DNA from: a bacterium
GTDB lineage: Bacteria; UBA8248
DNA: 64,000 nt
Reading direction: 5' to 3'
Assembly (NCBI GenBank): GCA_965207065.1
Contig: OZ242260.1
Coordinates: 2,048,001 to 2,112,000 of the forward strand
Each line of letters begins with the position of its first letter. The stretch's first letter is position 1. The notes beneath the pieces were generated by a model. It was not told where the DNA came from. It ran no database searches and saw only the letters and a list, made by a program, of their open reading frames with translations. The position numbers were made by a program, and so were the translations under genes. Of this stretch, positions 50,038-62,343 are shown in pieces.

Positions 50038-51033
50038 TCAGAGCTTCATGAGCCTCGCCGGTGTCTCGCGCAGGATTTTCTCCTGGGCCGCTTCGGTGAG
50101 TCCCGCTCCCTCCACGTAATCCACGACGCGCTGCTGCATCATGTCGTAGGGGTAGTCCGTGCCGCACACGACGCGGTCGGCCCCCACCTCCTCGACCATC
50201 CACTTGAGCGCCGAGGGGTTGAAGGTGATGACGTCGAAATAGAGGTTCTTGAAATAGTGGCGGGGCGGATGCGGCGTGTGCACCTTGGTTTCCGGCCGCA
50301 CCTCCCAGCAGTGCTGGATGCGCCCGATCGACCAGGGGAGGTTTCCGCCCGCGTGGGCGAGAAGCAGCTGTAGGTTCGGGTAGCGCTCGAAGTGGCCCGA
50401 GAGAATGAGCCTTGTAATGGCGATAGTGGTGGACAGCGGGTTGCCGATGCAGTTCGCCATGTAGAAGGGGAACAGCGGCTTGTAGTCCGCGAAGTCGGGA
50501 TGGATGAACACCAGGGCGCCGAGCCGCTCCGCCGCCGCCCAGAACGCCTCGTACTGGGGTTCGTCCAGCGCGTGGGCGCCGATGCGGTCGGAGATGATGC
50601 AGCCGAGCAGGCCCTTGCCCATCGCGCGCTCGAGTTCGGCGGCTGCGGCTTCGCCACCGTTCTGCATGGGCAGGTTGCAAAGGCCCCGGAAGTACGCGGC
50701 GTTCTGGTTGCAGAAATCTACCACGCCGTCGTTCTGGATCTGGATGATCTCCTCGCCCGCTCGCCCGCCAATCCAGTAATAAAACGTGGGCGGTGGCGGT
50801 GAGGCCAGCGCCATGTCGAGCCTGTCCGCCTTCATGTCGCTCAGCTTGCGCTCGGCGTCGGCGAGCTGCACGGCCCAGTTCTCCTCCGTCATCTTCGCGT
50901 TGTAGCGCGAGGAGACGGGCGGGAAAAACCCTTCGAAGCTGTCGGCGTGCTGGGGGCGTCTTTCGCGTTCTTTGGCGGCGAGCGCTTCCGCCTCGGGGAT
51001 GTAGATGTGGTGATGAAGATCGATGTTGGGCAA
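50038..51033 (-). CDS. Amidohydrolase_2 family protein (ACMSD/decarboxylase-like)
   Basis: IDLHHH, VFIHP, AHAGGNLP, NLYFD, GTDYPYD; TTG start with GGAGG. Confidence 0.85.
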   Translation of the reverse strand: MPNIDLHHHIYIPEAEALAAKERERRPQHADSFEGFFPPVSSRYNAKMTEENWAVQLADAERKLSDMKADRLDMALASPPPPTFYYWIGGRAGEEIIQIQNDGVVDFCNQNAAYFRGLCNLPMQNGGEAAAAELERAMGKGLLGCIISDRIGAHALDEPQYEAFWAAAERLGALVFIHPDFADYKPLFPFYMANCIGNPLSTTIAITRLILSGHFERYPNLQLLLAHAGGNLPWSIGRIQHCWEVRPETKVHTPHPPRHYFKNLYFDVITFNPSALKWMVEEVGADRVVCGTDYPYDMMQQRVVDYVEGAGLTEAAQEKILRETPARLMKL

Positions 51034-51258
51034 GGGGACTTCCCTCCGTTTGAGTGCTTTCGGGGCGTCTTTGCGCCCGCTTGGCTGTAGAAATGATGTT
51101 TGCCTTTTGGGAGAGAGTAGAATCTGGCGAATCCTGCGTCAATCGAGATTCGCGCTTGTCGATTGACGCCCTTGATTCTGAGTGAGAAACTTGGACTCTG
51201 CGTGCTCGACCGGGTGCGCCGGAGGGAGTTTTCCGGTTCCGGGGCTTGCGTTGGGAGG

Positions 51259-51603
51259 ATGATTCCGGTGAATGGAGAGGACGCTCCCAGGCTGCCGCGT
51301 TCCTACGAGGGGCTTCGCGCCCTGCAAGCCGAATTCGCGCGCTATCAGGAAGAGGCGTTTCCGGTTCGTGAACCCAGGTTTTTCGCCCTGGAGCTTGCTG
51401 GCGAGACGGGAGAACTCGCGAACCTGGAGAAAAAGGAATGGAAAGGCCGCGAGGTGGAGTCTGCGGACTATACGGATGAAGCGGCGGATGTCATGATCGC
51501 CGTGATGAACTACGCCAATGCGCGGGGGATCGATTTGGGCGCGGCCGTTTCCGATAAAATGGCCAAGATCGAGCGCATCAGAAAAGAGCAGCCCGAGAAA
51601 TAG
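51259..51603 (+). CDS. MazG-like nucleotide pyrophosphohydrolase
   Basis: ELAGETGELANLEKK...DEAADV...ANARGIDL..A...K..K; start uncertain (ATG 51259 or GTG 51268). Confidence 0.75.
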   Translation: MIPVNGEDAPRLPRSYEGLRALQAEFARYQEEAFPVREPRFFALELAGETGELANLEKKEWKGREVESADYTDEAADVMIAVMNYANARGIDLGAAVSDKMAKIERIRKEQPEK

Positions 51604-51717
51604 ACCGCGAGACCCCGCTGGGTTCGGTTCGGCGCTGGGGGCGGCGCCGGTAAAAGTGAGAAGCTGAATAGTCGCTGAACCAATGTTCTGGAAACAGAGC
51701 GGAAAGGATGAGATTCG

Positions 51718-52527
51718 ATGTCAGGCCTCCCGACGGAGCCGGCCGACCTCGCCGACGTGCAGGCGAGTTCCGATGAGCGCAACGTCAAGATAGACAAGGT
51801 GGGTGTCAAGAACATCCGCTACCCCATCGTGGTGAAGGACAGGGCGAAGGACGCCCAGCACACCATCGGCAACGTCAACATGTATGTGGATCTGCCGCAC
51901 CACTTCAAGGGCACCCACATGAGCCGTTTCCTGGAAGTGTTGAACGAGCACACCGACGCCATCGGCGTGGACAGCGTGCCCTCGCTCCTGCAGACGATTC
52001 GCGAGCGCCTGGACGCCCAGACGGCGCATTTTTCCGTCACTTTTCCCTACTTCATGCAAAAGGCCGCCCCGGTGACGGGCGCCGAGGGCCTGATGGCCCT
52101 CGAGTGCGGTTTCGACGCTTCGGCGGGGGCCGTGGACGACTTCATCCTGAGCATCATGGTGCGCATTGCCACCCTGTGTCCGTGTTCCAAGGAGATCAGC
52201 CTGCGCGGCGCGCACAACCAGCGGGGGCACGTGCGCATCAAGGTGCGCTTCGACGGCGAGTTCTGGATAGAGGAGCTCGTCGAGGTTGCCGAGAGCGCGG
52301 GCAGTTGCGCACTCTATCCTATACTCAAGCGCGAAGATGAAAAATTCGTCACCGAGACGGCTTTCGACAACCCCCGCTTCGTGGAGGACGTGGTGCGCGA
52401 GGCGGCCCTTCTGCTCAGAAACGACAAGCGCATCCGGTGGTTCCAGGTGGAGGTCGAGAATTTCGAGTCCATCCACGACCACAACGCCTACGCCTTCATC
52501 GAGGAAGAGGTCAGCCACAAGGAGTAG
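51718..52527 (+). CDS. folE2: GTP cyclohydrolase IB
   Basis: DVQ...D.R...IDKVGVK, KGTHMSRF, TLCPCSKEIS..GAHNQRG, KREDEKFVTE.AFDNPRFVED, ESIHDHNAYA. Confidence 0.95.
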   Translation: MSGLPTEPADLADVQASSDERNVKIDKVGVKNIRYPIVVKDRAKDAQHTIGNVNMYVDLPHHFKGTHMSRFLEVLNEHTDAIGVDSVPSLLQTIRERLDAQTAHFSVTFPYFMQKAAPVTGAEGLMALECGFDASAGAVDDFILSIMVRIATLCPCSKEISLRGAHNQRGHVRIKVRFDGEFWIEELVEVAESAGSCALYPILKREDEKFVTETAFDNPRFVEDVVREAALLLRNDKRIRWFQVEVENFESIHDHNAYAFIEEEVSHKE

Positions 52528-52657
52528 TTCGTTTCTATATATTCACCTCTTTCTAATCTCACTATTAAAATCTCACGCTTTTCTCGCGCCGGAAAATCCC
52601 TTATAACCATCCTTTGGTTCGGGATTGAACCTTTAAGCATTTGATTCGGGGCGGCTT

Positions 52658-55600
52658 ATGGACGTACATACACGGAAAAAGCGGATAGACGCGCTCATGG
52701 AGCTTTTAGAGTCGCGCATCGTGATCATCGACGGTGCGATGGGCACCATGCTCCAGGACGAGAAATTGAGCGAGGCCGCCTACAGGGGCGAGCGCTTCGC
52801 AGATCACCCCTGCGACTTGAAGGGCAACCACGATCTGCTCAGCATCACGCAGCCCGACGTCGTCAGGCGTATTCACGACGATTTCCTCGAAGCGGGCGCG
52901 GACATCATCGAGACCAACTCGTTCAACTCCACGGCCATCTCCATGGCGGACTACCAGATGGAGGATATGGTTTATGAGATGAACGAGACTTCGGCGCGCC
53001 TGGCCCGTGAGGCCGCGGACGCCTTCGAGCGCGCGCATACAGGGGAGCCGCGCTTCGTGGCCGGCGTTTTGGGACCCACGAACCGCACCGCCTCCATCTC
53101 GCCGAGGGTGAACGAGCCGGGCTTCAGGAACATCAGCTTTGAAGACCTGGTGGCGGCCTACACCACCTCGATTCGCGGCCTCGTCACGGGCGGCGCCGAT
53201 CTGCTCCTGGTCGAGACCGTATTCGACACGCTGAATTGCAAGGCCGTCATGTTCGCGGCCGAGCAGTATTTCGAGGACGATGGCGTTCGCGTTCCCGTCA
53301 TGATTTCGGGGACCATCACCGACGCGAGCGGGCGCACCCTTTCGGGCCAGACGACCGAGGCGTTCTGGAACTCCGTCGTGGGCTACCGGCCCATCTGCGT
53401 GGGGCTCAACTGCGCCCTGGGAGCCGAGGATTTGCGTCCCTACATACGTGAGCTCTCCCGCGTGGCCGACGTTCCTGTGAGCATCTACCCCAACGCGGGT
53501 CTTCCCAACGAATTCGGCGAATACGACGACACGCCTGAATATATGGCCGAGGTGCTCGCTGAATTCGCCCGGAGCGGTTTTCTGAACCTGGTGGGCGGCT
53601 GCTGCGGCACCAGGCCCGAGCACATTCGCGCTCTCAAGGAAGCGGTGGAAGGCTTCGCCCCGCGCCGGATACCCGAAATTCCGCCGCGCTGCCGCCTGAG
53701 CGGTCTCGAGCCGCTGAACATCGGCCCCGAGACGGGGTTCGTGAACGTGGGCGAGCGCACCAACGTTGCGGGCTCGGCGCGCTTCGCAAAGCTCATCCGC
53801 GAGGGCGACTACGAGAAGGCGCTCGAAGTCGCCCGCCAGCAGGTGGAAAACGGCGCGCAGCTTATCGACGTGAACATGGACGAGGGGATGCTCGACTCAG
53901 AGGAGGCGATGGCCACCTTCCTGAAGCTCATCGCCGCGGAACCCGACATCAGCCGCGTGCCCGTGATGATCGATTCTTCCAAGTGGGAGGTCATCGAGGC
54001 GGGGCTCAAGTGCCTGCAGGGGAAGCCCATCGTCAACTCCATCAGCCTGAAAGAAGGCGAAGGGCCTTTTATCGAGCAGGCGCGGCTCGTGAAGCGCTAC
54101 GGCGCGGCCGTTTTGGTGATGGCCTTCGATGAGCAGGGTCAGGCGGAGAGCGCAGAGCGCAAGTTCGAGATTTGCGAGCGCGCGTATCGGATTCTCACGC
54201 GCGATGTGGGCTTCTCCCCAAACGACGTCATCTTCGACCCCAACATTTTCGCCGTCGCCACCGGCATCGAGGAACACAACGGATACGCCGCCGCCTACTT
54301 CGAGGCCGTCACGCGCATCAAGACCGAACTCCCCGGCGCGCTCGTGAGCGGGGGAGTGAGCAACGTCTCCTTCTCCTTCAGGGGGAACAACGGCGTGCGC
54401 GAGGCCATGCACTCGGCGTTTTTGTACCACGCCATCCAGAACGGAATGGACATGGGTATCGTGAACGCGGGCCAGCTCGCGGTGTATCAGGAAGTCCCTG
54501 CAGATCTGCTCGAAAGAATCGAGGACGTGCTCTTGAACCGCCGCGCGGACGCCACCGAACGCCTCCTTGAGGTGGCCGAGGGCGTGAAGGGCAAGGCGAA
54601 ATCACGGGCCGAGAACCTCGCCTGGCGCGAACGGCCGGTGAACGAACGCCTGTCCCACGCGCTGGTGGAGGGAATTACGCAGTACATCGTGGAGGATACC
54701 GAAGAAGCCCGTCTCGCGGCGGCGCACCCCATCGAGGTCATTGAGGGCCCGCTCATGGACGGCATGAACGTTGTGGGCGAGTTGTTCGGTTCGGGCAAGA
54801 TGTTCCTTCCCCAGGTGGTCAAGAGCGCCCGGGTGATGAAGACCGCCGTCGCCCATCTGGTCCCCTTCCTGGAGGCGGAAAAGGTCGAGGGTGAGGACCG
54901 CTCGAACGGAAAGGCGCTTCTCGCCACGGTGAAGGGCGACGTTCACGACATCGGCAAGAACATCGTGGGTGTCGTGCTGCAGTGCAACAACTACGATGTC
55001 ATCGACCTTGGCGTTATGACCCCTTGCGCGAAGATTCTCCAGACCGCGCGCGAGGAGGGCGTGGACGTCATCGGACTGAGCGGCCTCATCACCCCCTCGC
55101 TCGACGAGATGGTGACCGTGGCGGGCGAGATGGAGCGTCTGGGGTTCGAGGTTCCCCTGCTGATAGGCGGAGCGACGACCTCGCGGGTGCACACCGCCGT
55201 CAAGATTGCGCCGGGCTACAGCGGACCGACGGTCTACGTGGAGGACGCATCGAGGAGCGTGGGCGTAATGAGCAATATCATGAGTGGTACCCAGCGCGAG
55301 GCTTTTCTCGCCGCAAGGCGCGAGGAATACGAAGGCGTGCGCGAGCGCCACGAGGCGCGGCGCGCCCATGCGGAGTTCTGCTCTTTGGAGGAAGCCCGCG
55401 AGAATCGCCTGCAAATCGATTGGGCGGGGGCAACGCCTCCTGTTCCGGACGTTCAGGGAGTGCGCGTGTTCGAGGACTACCCGCTGGCTGATTTGAGGGA
55501 TCGTATCGACTGGACGCCTTTTTTCCAGACTTGGGAGTTGAGCGGCTCCTATCCCGCGATACTCAAAGACCCGGTGGTGGGCGAGGCGGCGCTCAGTCTT

Positions 55601-56431
55601 TATCAGGACGCGCAGGAGATGCTCGAGCGCATCATCGAGCGGCGCTCACTTGAGGCGAAGGCGGTCATGGGCCTGTTCCCGGCGAATTCGGTGGGCGACG
55701 ACGTGGAGATTTATGCGGATTCCGGGAGGAGCGAGGTGCTCGCCGTGGCCCGCTTCCTGCGCCAGCAGATGCGGAAATCAACGAGGAGCGCGAACATGTG
55801 CCTGGCGGATTTCGTGGCGCCCAGGGAGAGCGGGGTGGCGGATCACATCGGCGCCTTCGTTGTGACGGCGGGTCTGGGCGTGGATGAAGCGGCGGGCGCG
55901 TATGAGCGTGCGAACGACGATTACGGTGCCATCATGATAAAGGCCCTGGCCGACAGACTGGCCGAGGCGTTCGCCGAGCGCCTTCACGAGCGCGTGCGCA
56001 AGGAGTTCTGGGGGTACGCTCACGACGAGGGGTTGGGCAACGAGGCGTTCATCAAGGAGAGATACCAGGGCATCCGCCCCGCGCCGGGTTATCCGGCGTG
56101 TCCGGATCATACCGAAAAGCAGACCCTCTTCGACCTTGTCGACGCGGGGGGTAATGCGGGGGTGAAGCTCACCGAGAGCTTCGCCATGTGGCCCGCCGCC
56201 TCGGTGAGCGGGTGGTATTTCTCACATCCCGAGTCGAGGTATTTCGGCGTCGGCAAAATCGGCAGGGATCAGGTGCGCGACTACGCCTCGAGAAAGGGCA
56301 TGGAGCCCGCCTTCGCCGAGCGGTGGCTCGCCTCTTCTTTGAACTACGAGGTCTCCCGCCCGAAAAGGGATGCGGAGAATACCACCGGGAGCGAAACGCC
56401 CACAGAGCGCCGCTCACCCCTGACCCCTTGA
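52658..56431 (+). CDS. metH: B12-dependent methionine synthase
   Basis: [63 protein letters not shown]. Confidence 0.98.
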   Translation: MDVHTRKKRIDALMELLESRIVIIDGAMGTMLQDEKLSEAAYRGERFADHPCDLKGNHDLLSITQPDVVRRIHDDFLEAGADIIETNSFNSTAISMADYQMEDMVYEMNETSARLAREAADAFERAHTGEPRFVAGVLGPTNRTASISPRVNEPGFRNISFEDLVAAYTTSIRGLVTGGADLLLVETVFDTLNCKAVMFAAEQYFEDDGVRVPVMISGTITDASGRTLSGQTTEAFWNSVVGYRPICVGLNCALGAEDLRPYIRELSRVADVPVSIYPNAGLPNEFGEYDDTPEYMAEVLAEFARSGFLNLVGGCCGTRPEHIRALKEAVEGFAPRRIPEIPPRCRLSGLEPLNIGPETGFVNVGERTNVAGSARFAKLIREGDYEKALEVARQQVENGAQLIDVNMDEGMLDSEEAMATFLKLIAAEPDISRVPVMIDSSKWEVIEAGLKCLQGKPIVNSISLKEGEGPFIEQARLVKRYGAAVLVMAFDEQGQAESAERKFEICERAYRILTRDVGFSPNDVIFDPNIFAVATGIEEHNGYAAAYFEAVTRIKTELPGALVSGGVSNVSFSFRGNNGVREAMHSAFLYHAIQNGMDMGIVNAGQLAVYQEVPADLLERIEDVLLNRRADATERLLEVAEGVKGKAKSRAENLAWRERPVNERLSHALVEGITQYIVEDTEEARLAAAHPIEVIEGPLMDGMNVVGELFGSGKMFLPQVVKSARVMKTAVAHLVPFLEAEKVEGEDRSNGKALLATVKGDVHDIGKNIVGVVLQCNNYDVIDLGVMTPCAKILQTAREEGVDVIGLSGLITPSLDEMVTVAGEMERLGFEVPLLIGGATTSRVHTAVKIAPGYSGPTVYVEDASRSVGVMSNIMSGTQREAFLAARREEYEGVRERHEARRAHAEFCSLEEARENRLQIDWAGATPPVPDVQGVRVFEDYPLADLRDRIDWTPFFQTWELSGSYPAILKDPVVGEAALSLYQDAQEMLERIIERRSLEAKAVMGLFPANSVGDDVEIYADSGRSEVLAVARFLRQQMRKSTRSANMCLADFVAPRESGVADHIGAFVVTAGLGVDEAAGAYERANDDYGAIMIKALADRLAEAFAERLHERVRKEFWGYAHDEGLGNEAFIKERYQGIRPAPGYPACPDHTEKQTLFDLVDAGGNAGVKLTESFAMWPAASVSGWYFSHPESRYFGVGKIGRDQVRDYASRKGMEPAFAERWLASSLNYEVSRPKRDAENTTGSETPTERRSPLTP

Positions 56432-56489
56432 CTTTCGTTTCCACATCGCGCATCACGCCCGTGCGGATGGCCGCGTTGGGGTTTCCCCG

Positions 56490-56518
56490 TTGACGGCCCG
56501 TCCCTGTGCGACTAGATT
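56490..56518 (+). promoter_or_regulatory. Sigma70 promoter upstream of tRNA-Leu/tig
   Basis: TTGACG-17 bp-TAGATT. Confidence 0.55.
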
Positions 56519-56609
56519 GAGAGGCGCGTAATCCCGGCCCGGGGGACTCTCTGCGGGCGGTGGATTCAAGAGTGATTTTCGAGTATAAGCCTTTGCTCGC
56601 CAAATGGAT

Positions 56610-56694
56610 GCGAGGGTGGCGGAACTGGTAGACGCGCTGGATTTAGGATCCAGTGCCTTCGGGCGTGGGGGTTCGAGTCCCCCCCTTCGCACCA
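56610..56694 (+). tRNA. tRNA-Leu(TAG)
   Basis: GCGAGGG...CCTTCGC-ACCA acceptor, CTGGA-TTTAGGA-TCCAG anticodon arm, long variable arm, GGTTCGAGTCC. Confidence 0.96.
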
Positions 56695-56755
56695 AATGCC
56701 TTGATTTTTTCATGTTGAACGATTTTGATTGCATTTTGATTCTGGAGAGTGAGGA

Positions 56756-58132
56756 ATGACCGGGACAGTGAGCGACATCGACGCCTGCACGAAGCGTCTC
56801 GAAGTCGCCGTTCCACGCGCCGAAGTCGCCGACGAGATAGAGCGCGCCTACAGGCGGCTCTCGGGGCGCGTGAAGATGAAGGGTTTCCGGAAGGGGAAAA
56901 TCCCTCGCCGCGTGCTCGAGCGCTACTACGGCGAGGAGGTGCAGGCGGAGGTTCTGAACCACGTGATTTCGACTTCCTACCGCAGCCTGCTGGAGGACAG
57001 GGGCATGCGTCCGGTGGGCGAGCCGAACGTGACCGACATCAATATGGACGACGACGCGCCCGAGTTGACGTACAAGGCGACGGTGGAGGTCATCCCCCCC
57101 TTCGAACTCGGCGAGTACAAGGGCCTTAAACTTAAGGTCCACCGCCAAACGGTGACGGACGAGAATGTCGATCAGCAGATCGAGGCGCTCCGGCAGCGGG
57201 CCGCCACCTTCGAGGACGTGGACAGGGAGGCCCGGTCGGGAGACTACGTTCTCTTCGACATCGAGGGCTTCGAGGACGACAAGGCCGTGCCCGGCACCCG
57301 GGGGGAGAACCAGGCCCTCATGATCGGCGGCGATGAGAGCGAAAAGGAGTTGAGCGACGCGCTCACCGGCATGCGGATCGGCGAGGAGGCGGACGTCGAG
57401 GTCGACGTTCCCGAGGGCGCCTCGCCCAACATTGCGGGCAAGAGCTTGCGGTTCCACCTGCATCTGAAGGAGATCAAGGAAGCGCATCCGCCCGAGTTGG
57501 ACGAGGAATTCGTAAAATCCTTGGGCAGAGGCTATACGAGCACGGAGGATCTACGGGCGGACGTCGTCAAAGAGATGGAATCCATGGAGGATTCCAATGC
57601 GCGCGGACACGGAATCTCGGAGCTTCTGGCCGCTCTCCTGGAGGCGCATCCTTTCGAGGTGCCTCCCACGCTGGTCAAGGGGGAGGCGGATGAGCAGATA
57701 CGCGAATACGAGCGCAGGATGCGCCAGGAAAACCCCGACGTTCAGCTTTCCGAAGCCAGGATTGAGGAGTTGCGCGAGGAGGTAAGACCCCAGGCCGAGG
57801 AGCAAGTGCGCCGGCTCATCCTCGTGGAGCGCATCCGCGAGGCCGAGGAAATCGAGGCGAGCGCCGAGGAGGTCGAAGCGCAGCTCAGAGTCTCGGCCGC
57901 GCGCTACGGCATGACGCCCGAGAAACTTCGCGAGAGAATGATGACGACCGGGGCGATGGCCTCGCTCGTCTCGAACATCAACTACAACAAGACGGTGAGT
58001 TGGCTGTATGATCAGGCCGACGTGGAATTCGACGTTCACGATGCCGCCGAACATGAAGCGCATTCCCACGACTCCGAGGAGGGGTCGGGGGAGGATCAAG
58101 CGCCGGACGGCGATTCGAAAGAGGATGGATAA
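56756..58132 (+). CDS. tig: Trigger factor
   Basis: KGFRKGKIP ribosome-binding motif, FKBP-like middle domain, tRNA-Leu-tig-clpP-clpX synteny. Confidence 0.93.
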   Translation: MTGTVSDIDACTKRLEVAVPRAEVADEIERAYRRLSGRVKMKGFRKGKIPRRVLERYYGEEVQAEVLNHVISTSYRSLLEDRGMRPVGEPNVTDINMDDDAPELTYKATVEVIPPFELGEYKGLKLKVHRQTVTDENVDQQIEALRQRAATFEDVDREARSGDYVLFDIEGFEDDKAVPGTRGENQALMIGGDESEKELSDALTGMRIGEEADVEVDVPEGASPNIAGKSLRFHLHLKEIKEAHPPELDEEFVKSLGRGYTSTEDLRADVVKEMESMEDSNARGHGISELLAALLEAHPFEVPPTLVKGEADEQIREYERRMRQENPDVQLSEARIEELREEVRPQAEEQVRRLILVERIREAEEIEASAEEVEAQLRVSAARYGMTPEKLRERMMTTGAMASLVSNINYNKTVSWLYDQADVEFDVHDAAEHEAHSHDSEEGSGEDQAPDGDSKEDG

Positions 58133-58135
58133 ACA

Positions 58136-58786
58136 GTGGCACTCGTACCCATGGTGGTGGAGCAGACGAACAGAGGCGAGCGGGCGTATGACATCTACAG
58201 CCGCCTGCTCAAGGAGAGAATCATCTTTCTGGGCACGGCGATAGACGACACCATCGCGAATCTGGTGACGGCCCAGCTTCTTTTCCTGGAGGCGGAGGAA
58301 CCCGATAGGGATATCGCCATGTACGTGAACAGTCCGGGCGGGGCCGTCACGGCGGGTCTCGCGATTTACGACACGATGCAGTACATCAAGCCTGACGTGT
58401 CGACCATCTGCATCGGCCAGGCGGCGAGCATGGGCGCGCTCCTGCTGACGGCGGGCGCCAAGGGCAAGCGCTACGCCCTGCCCAACTCGCGCATTCTGAT
58501 CCATCAGCCCCTGGGCGGCGTTCAGGGACAGGCGAGCGACATCGACATCCAGGCGCGCGAGATTCTCCGCATGCGCGAAGAACTGAACGACATTCTCGCG
58601 AGACACTCCGGTCAGTCGATCAAGAAGATTGAAAAAGACACCGATCGTGATAATTTTATGACGGCCGAGCAGGCGAAGGACTACGGCCTGCTCGACGACG
58701 TGATCATCGCGCGCTCGGATTCAAAGGGCGGCATACCGGACGTCGGCGGCGATGACGGCACGAATGAGGAGAACAACGGCTCCTAG
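58136..58786 (+). CDS. clpP: ATP-dependent Clp protease proteolytic subunit
   Basis: [45 protein letters not shown]. Confidence 0.98.
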   Translation: MALVPMVVEQTNRGERAYDIYSRLLKERIIFLGTAIDDTIANLVTAQLLFLEAEEPDRDIAMYVNSPGGAVTAGLAIYDTMQYIKPDVSTICIGQAASMGALLLTAGAKGKRYALPNSRILIHQPLGGVQGQASDIDIQAREILRMREELNDILARHSGQSIKKIEKDTDRDNFMTAEQAKDYGLLDDVIIARSDSKGGIPDVGGDDGTNEENNGS

Positions 58787-58838
58787 CCGGAAGCCGGTTT
58801 TGTTTCGGGAAGCGTTCTTCACCGAGGGGGAATGATCG

Positions 58839-60080
<1,242 letters not shown>

Positions 60081-60239
60081 GCCATCTTCCGCATCATTCC
60101 TCCTTCAGTAGAGCGTTTCATGAGCCTCAGGCCGCATATTCCATCTTGCGCGCCTCCAGGGGGTGTCTGCCCCTCGGCGAGGGCTCGTTGGTTTTTTCAT
60201 GAGGGGCGTTATTTTTCATCATCGAGGGGAAAGCGCGCG

Positions 60240-60269
60240 TTGACAATGCGCGGGCCGCTTTCCTATCAT
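60240..60269 (+). promoter_or_regulatory. Sigma70 promoter for tRNA-Val/thrS
   Basis: TTGACA-18 bp-TATCAT. Confidence 0.55.
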
Positions 60270-60295
60270 TTCGATATACCGGATATGCCGGACAA

Positions 60296-60370
60296 AGGCG
60301 CGTAGCTCAGGGGGAGAGCGCTTGCTTGACACGCAAGAGGTCGGCGGTTCAAAACCGCCCGCGCCTACCA
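60296..60370 (+). tRNA. tRNA-Val(GAC)
   Basis: AGGCGCG/CGCGCCT acceptor plus ACCA, CTTGC-TTGACAC-GCAAG anticodon arm, GGTTCAAAACC. Confidence 0.95.
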
Positions 60371-60464
60371 ATTTGGAATTGACGATGAGGCGAATCGCCG
60401 CCGCATCGCGGGGATAATTCGAGGAACTTCAAGAGGAGATTGCGGCGCCAGCCAACGCCCGTTT

Positions 60465-62342
60465 ATGTCTCAGCAAACCAAGCAAAAAGACTTGCCCAAA
60501 AATGCCATCGCACTCAAGATTGACGGCGCGCCCGTTGATTTGAATCGCGGCCTTCCCGACGATGCCGATCCGGAGTTCATCCTCCTCGATTCCGAGGAGG
60601 GCCTGGAGATTCTGCGCCACAGTACGGCGCACCTCATGGCCCAGGCCGTGCAGGAACTCTACCCGGGCGCGCAGCTCACCATCGGCCCCCCGATCGAAAA
60701 CGGGTTTTATTACGACATCGACGTCGACGTCACTTTCACGCCCGAGGATCTGAAGTCGATCGAGGCGAGAATGAAAAAACTCGCCAAAAAGAAATACGCC
60801 ATCGAGCGCGAGGACATCTCCCGCGCGGACGCATTGTCCCTTTTCGGGGAAAGGGGCGAGAACTACAAGATAGAGATGATCCACGACCTGCCCGAAGACG
60901 AGGCGCTTTCCATCTACCGACAGGGCGAATTCGTGGATCTCTGCCGGGGGCCGCACGTGCCCGGCACGGGCTGGCTGCGCAACTTCAAGCTCCTGAGCGT
61001 GGCGGGCGCCTACTGGCGAGGCGACGAGAAGAACAAGATGCTGCAGCGCATCTATGGCACCGCCTTTGCGACGAAAGAAAGCCTGGCCGATCATCTGCAA
61101 ATGCTTCAGGACGCGAAAAAAAGAGACCACCGCGTCATCGGCAAGCAACTCGGCATCTTTCTGGTCGATGAGGATGCGGGCGGCGGCCTCATCTATTGGC
61201 AGCCCCGTGGTACGACGGTCAAGAAGGTGATCGAGCGATTCTGGGAGGATGAGCACGTCAAGCGCGGCTACCAGCTCGTCTCCATCCCTCACATCACGCG
61301 CGACGTGCTCTTCAAGACTTCGGGCCATTATGATTTCTATCGGGAAAACATGTATGTCCTGAACATCGACGAGGATGAATACGTCCTGAAACCCATGAAC
61401 TGCCCGGGCCACATCCTCATCTATCAGCAGAAGATACACAGTTACCGCGACCTGCCCTACCGCCTGGCGGAGCTGGGCACGGTCTACCGCTACGAGCGAA
61501 GCGGCGCGCTGCACGGGATGCTCCGGGTGCGGGGATTCACCCAGGATGACGCGCACATCTTCTGCACGCCGGAACAGGCCGAAGACGAGGTGCTGGGCGT
61601 CATCGATCTGGCGCACTACATGCTGAAGACATTCGGGTATGTGGATTTCGAGACCGAACTCTCGGTGCACGATTCTTCCGATTTCAGCAAGTACGCCGGG
61701 GTGATCGAGGACTGGGAGGCGTCGGAGGCGGCGCTCACCCGCGCGCTCGAGAAGCGAGGCATCTCTTATAAGCGCATCGAGGGCGAGGCGGCGTTCTACG
61801 GCCCGAAAATCGACATCAAGATGCGCGACGCCCTGGGCCGCGGCTGGCAGGGACCCACCATCCAGTTCGACTTCAACCTGCCCAAGCGCTTTGATCTCAA
61901 CTACGTCGGCGCGGACGGTGCGCGTCATAAGGTCATCATGATCCACAGAACCGTCATGGGTTCGATGGAGCGCTTCGTGGGCGGGCTGATCGAACACTAC
62001 GCGGGCGCGTTTCCCACGTGGCTTGCCCCCGAGCAGGCGCGCATCATGACGATCACCGACGATCACATTCCCTACGGCCGCGAGGTGGAGAGCAAGTTGC
62101 TCGCCGCCGGCTTCCGCGCTGAGGGGGATTTCCGAAATGAGAAGATTGGGTATAAAATAAGGGAAGCCCAGAGAGACAAGATACCGTACATGCTCATCCT
62201 TGGCGCGCGCGAAGCGGAAACGGGAGAAGTTTCCTTGAGGCTTCGCGAACAAGGCGACTTAGGGTCCATCTCATTGGAGGAACTTATGCAGAGAATGCGA
62301 AGCGACATCGAGAACAAATCACTCACCGCGGGAGCGGTCTGA
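60465..62342 (+). CDS. thrS: Threonyl-tRNA synthetase
   Basis: RHSTAHLMAQAV, DLCRGPH, RDHR, KPMNCPGH, RVRGFTQDDAH, AFYGPKID, IHR..MGSMERF. Confidence 0.98.
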   Translation: MSQQTKQKDLPKNAIALKIDGAPVDLNRGLPDDADPEFILLDSEEGLEILRHSTAHLMAQAVQELYPGAQLTIGPPIENGFYYDIDVDVTFTPEDLKSIEARMKKLAKKKYAIEREDISRADALSLFGERGENYKIEMIHDLPEDEALSIYRQGEFVDLCRGPHVPGTGWLRNFKLLSVAGAYWRGDEKNKMLQRIYGTAFATKESLADHLQMLQDAKKRDHRVIGKQLGIFLVDEDAGGGLIYWQPRGTTVKKVIERFWEDEHVKRGYQLVSIPHITRDVLFKTSGHYDFYRENMYVLNIDEDEYVLKPMNCPGHILIYQQKIHSYRDLPYRLAELGTVYRYERSGALHGMLRVRGFTQDDAHIFCTPEQAEDEVLGVIDLAHYMLKTFGYVDFETELSVHDSSDFSKYAGVIEDWEASEAALTRALEKRGISYKRIEGEAAFYGPKIDIKMRDALGRGWQGPTIQFDFNLPKRFDLNYVGADGARHKVIMIHRTVMGSMERFVGGLIEHYAGAFPTWLAPEQARIMTITDDHIPYGREVESKLLAAGFRAEGDFRNEKIGYKIREAQRDKIPYMLILGAREAETGEVSLRLREQGDLGSISLEELMQRMRSDIENKSLTAGAV

Positions 62343-62343
62343 T

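Noticed and set aside
52528-52657. SAM, SAH or B12 riboswitch upstream of metH
   Set aside because: Short AT-rich spacer with no recognisable aptamer motifs
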